Shown here: one piece after another, positions 31,329 through 32,000 of the stretch
Position numbering within the stretch: position 1 is the first letter of the stretch
Layout: each line of letters starts with the position of its first letter
Assembly: GCA_020632335.1 (NCBI GenBank)
Contig: JACKFV010000001.1
Location: 240,001-272,000, forward strand
Direction: 5' to 3'
Length of the DNA stretch: 32,000 bases
From: Candidatus Saccharimonadota bacterium
GTDB lineage: Bacteria > Patescibacteriota > Gracilibacteria > UBA4473
The notes under the pieces: generated by a model
The model's database searches: none
The model's input: the letters and a program-made list of their open reading frames with translations, nothing else
Told to the model about the DNA's origin: nothing
Position numbers and translations under genes: made by a program

Positions 31329-32000
31329 ATGCACGATATGTTCACCACCATCGACCACCTCTTCACGCCCGGCAAGGGCATCTTAGCCGCTGATGAGAGC
31401 AAGACGAGCATCGGGAAGCGCTTCCGAGAGCTGGGGATAGCAGACACCCCTGAGCTCCACCGCCAGTACCGCGAGTGTCTTTTCTCGACCCCAGAGCTGG
31501 AGGAGTACATCAGTGGGGTCATCCTCAGCGATGAGACGATCCACCAGACTATGAGCGACGGGACGCCCTTTGCTGCCTCCTTGCAACAGCGGGGGATGCT
31601 CCCGGGCATCAAGGTAGACCGTGGCCTCACGCCCGCAGCACTGAGCGACGCCGAGCAGTGGACCGAGGGCCTGGATGGCCTGAGAGAGCGCCTCCAAGCC
31701 TATAAAGCACTGGGGGCCGTCTTTGCCAAGTGGCGAGCGGTATTCGTCATCAGTGAGAGTACTCCTACGCTCGGCAACCTGCAGGCCAACTGCCAGACCC
31801 TCGCGCGCTATGCGGCCCTGTGTGAAGAGGCGGGCATCGTGCCGATCGTGGAGCCAGAGGTGCTCTATGACGGGACGCACTGCCTCAGCCAGAGCTATGA
31901 AGTGCACGAACAGGTCTGGCGAGAACTGGTGTATCAGCTCTACCAGCAGGGGGTGAGCTTCGAGACGACGATCCTCAAGGCCTCTATGGTACTGAGCGGC
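31329..32000 (+). CDS. fba: Fructose-bisphosphate aldolase, class I (eukaryotic-type), 3' end outside window
   Basis: MHDMFTTIDHLFTPGKGILAADESKTSIGKRF carries the GILAADES signature, and IVPIVEPEVL is also present. The frame is open to the window edge. It is absent from the ORF track because there is no stop in the window. Confidence 0.88.
   Translation, partial: MHDMFTTIDHLFTPGKGILAADESKTSIGKRFRELGIADTPELHRQYRECLFSTPELEEYISGVILSDETIHQTMSDGTPFAASLQQRGMLPGIKVDRGLTPAALSDAEQWTEGLDGLRERLQAYKALGAVFAKWRAVFVISESTPTLGNLQANCQTLARYAALCEEAGIVPIVEPEVLYDGTHCLSQSYEVHEQVWRELVYQLYQQGVSFETTILKASMVLSG

Noticed and set aside
1-32000. Alternative genetic code or stop-codon recoding, considered because some reduced lineages reassign UGA and because of the in-frame TAG before the ABC-F gene.
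   Set aside because: All conserved genes translate full-length with the standard code, without internal TGA, TAG or TAA. TAG, TAA and TGA all appear as normal terminators at expected protein ends. A single in-frame TAG in a 5' region is not evidence of recoding.

Overview
GC-rich bacterial chromosomal segment. My hand counts give about 67% GC in a coding line and 23-37% in two intergenic islands. About 27 protein genes are tightly packed on both strands, nearly all housekeeping: infB, recO, ftsX-like, M16 peptidase, class I RNR alpha (nrdA), a PMM/PGM-type mutase, a type IV pilin with pilC and a Wzy_C/O-antigen-ligase-family gene, a lone V/A-type ATPase A subunit, greA, trxB, rpmE, an ABC-F ATPase, a GT2 glycosyltransferase, ybaB, rny, a secreted S8 protease, a short alaS, tgt, a DUF721-like gene and a class I aldolase (cut by the window end). 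I recognised no rRNA, tRNA, CRISPR array, transposase or integrase. The ORF track prints M for GTG/TTG starts, and many of its long ORFs are N-terminal over-extensions or antisense artefacts of GC-rich DNA, so I re-called starts by homology and upstream signals. Canonical operons are broken up (infB without nusA, ybaB without dnaX/recR, ftsX without ftsE, atpA without atpB, nrdA without nrdB) and some proteins are short. By inference only, this suggests a reduced, possibly Patescibacteria/CPR-like genome. I do not see a clear multi-gene novel system such as a defence island. The strongest leads are: (1) a recurrent -35/-10 module ending 6-8 nt before the ATG of about half the genes, implying widespread leaderless mRNAs; (2) a pilin-pilC-Wzy_C cluster that may be a pilin O-glycosylation module; (3) an orphan but intact V/A-ATPase catalytic subunit; (4) a predicted leaderless 38-codon ORF in frame with the ABC-F gene and separated from it by a TAG; (5) an S8 protease with a Pro/Thr linker and an unrecognised C-terminal coiled-coil domain; (6) two AT-rich islands carrying small ORFs and hairpins that bracket a DUF2797-like gene and infB. 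All family calls come from motif recognition by eye; nothing was searched.
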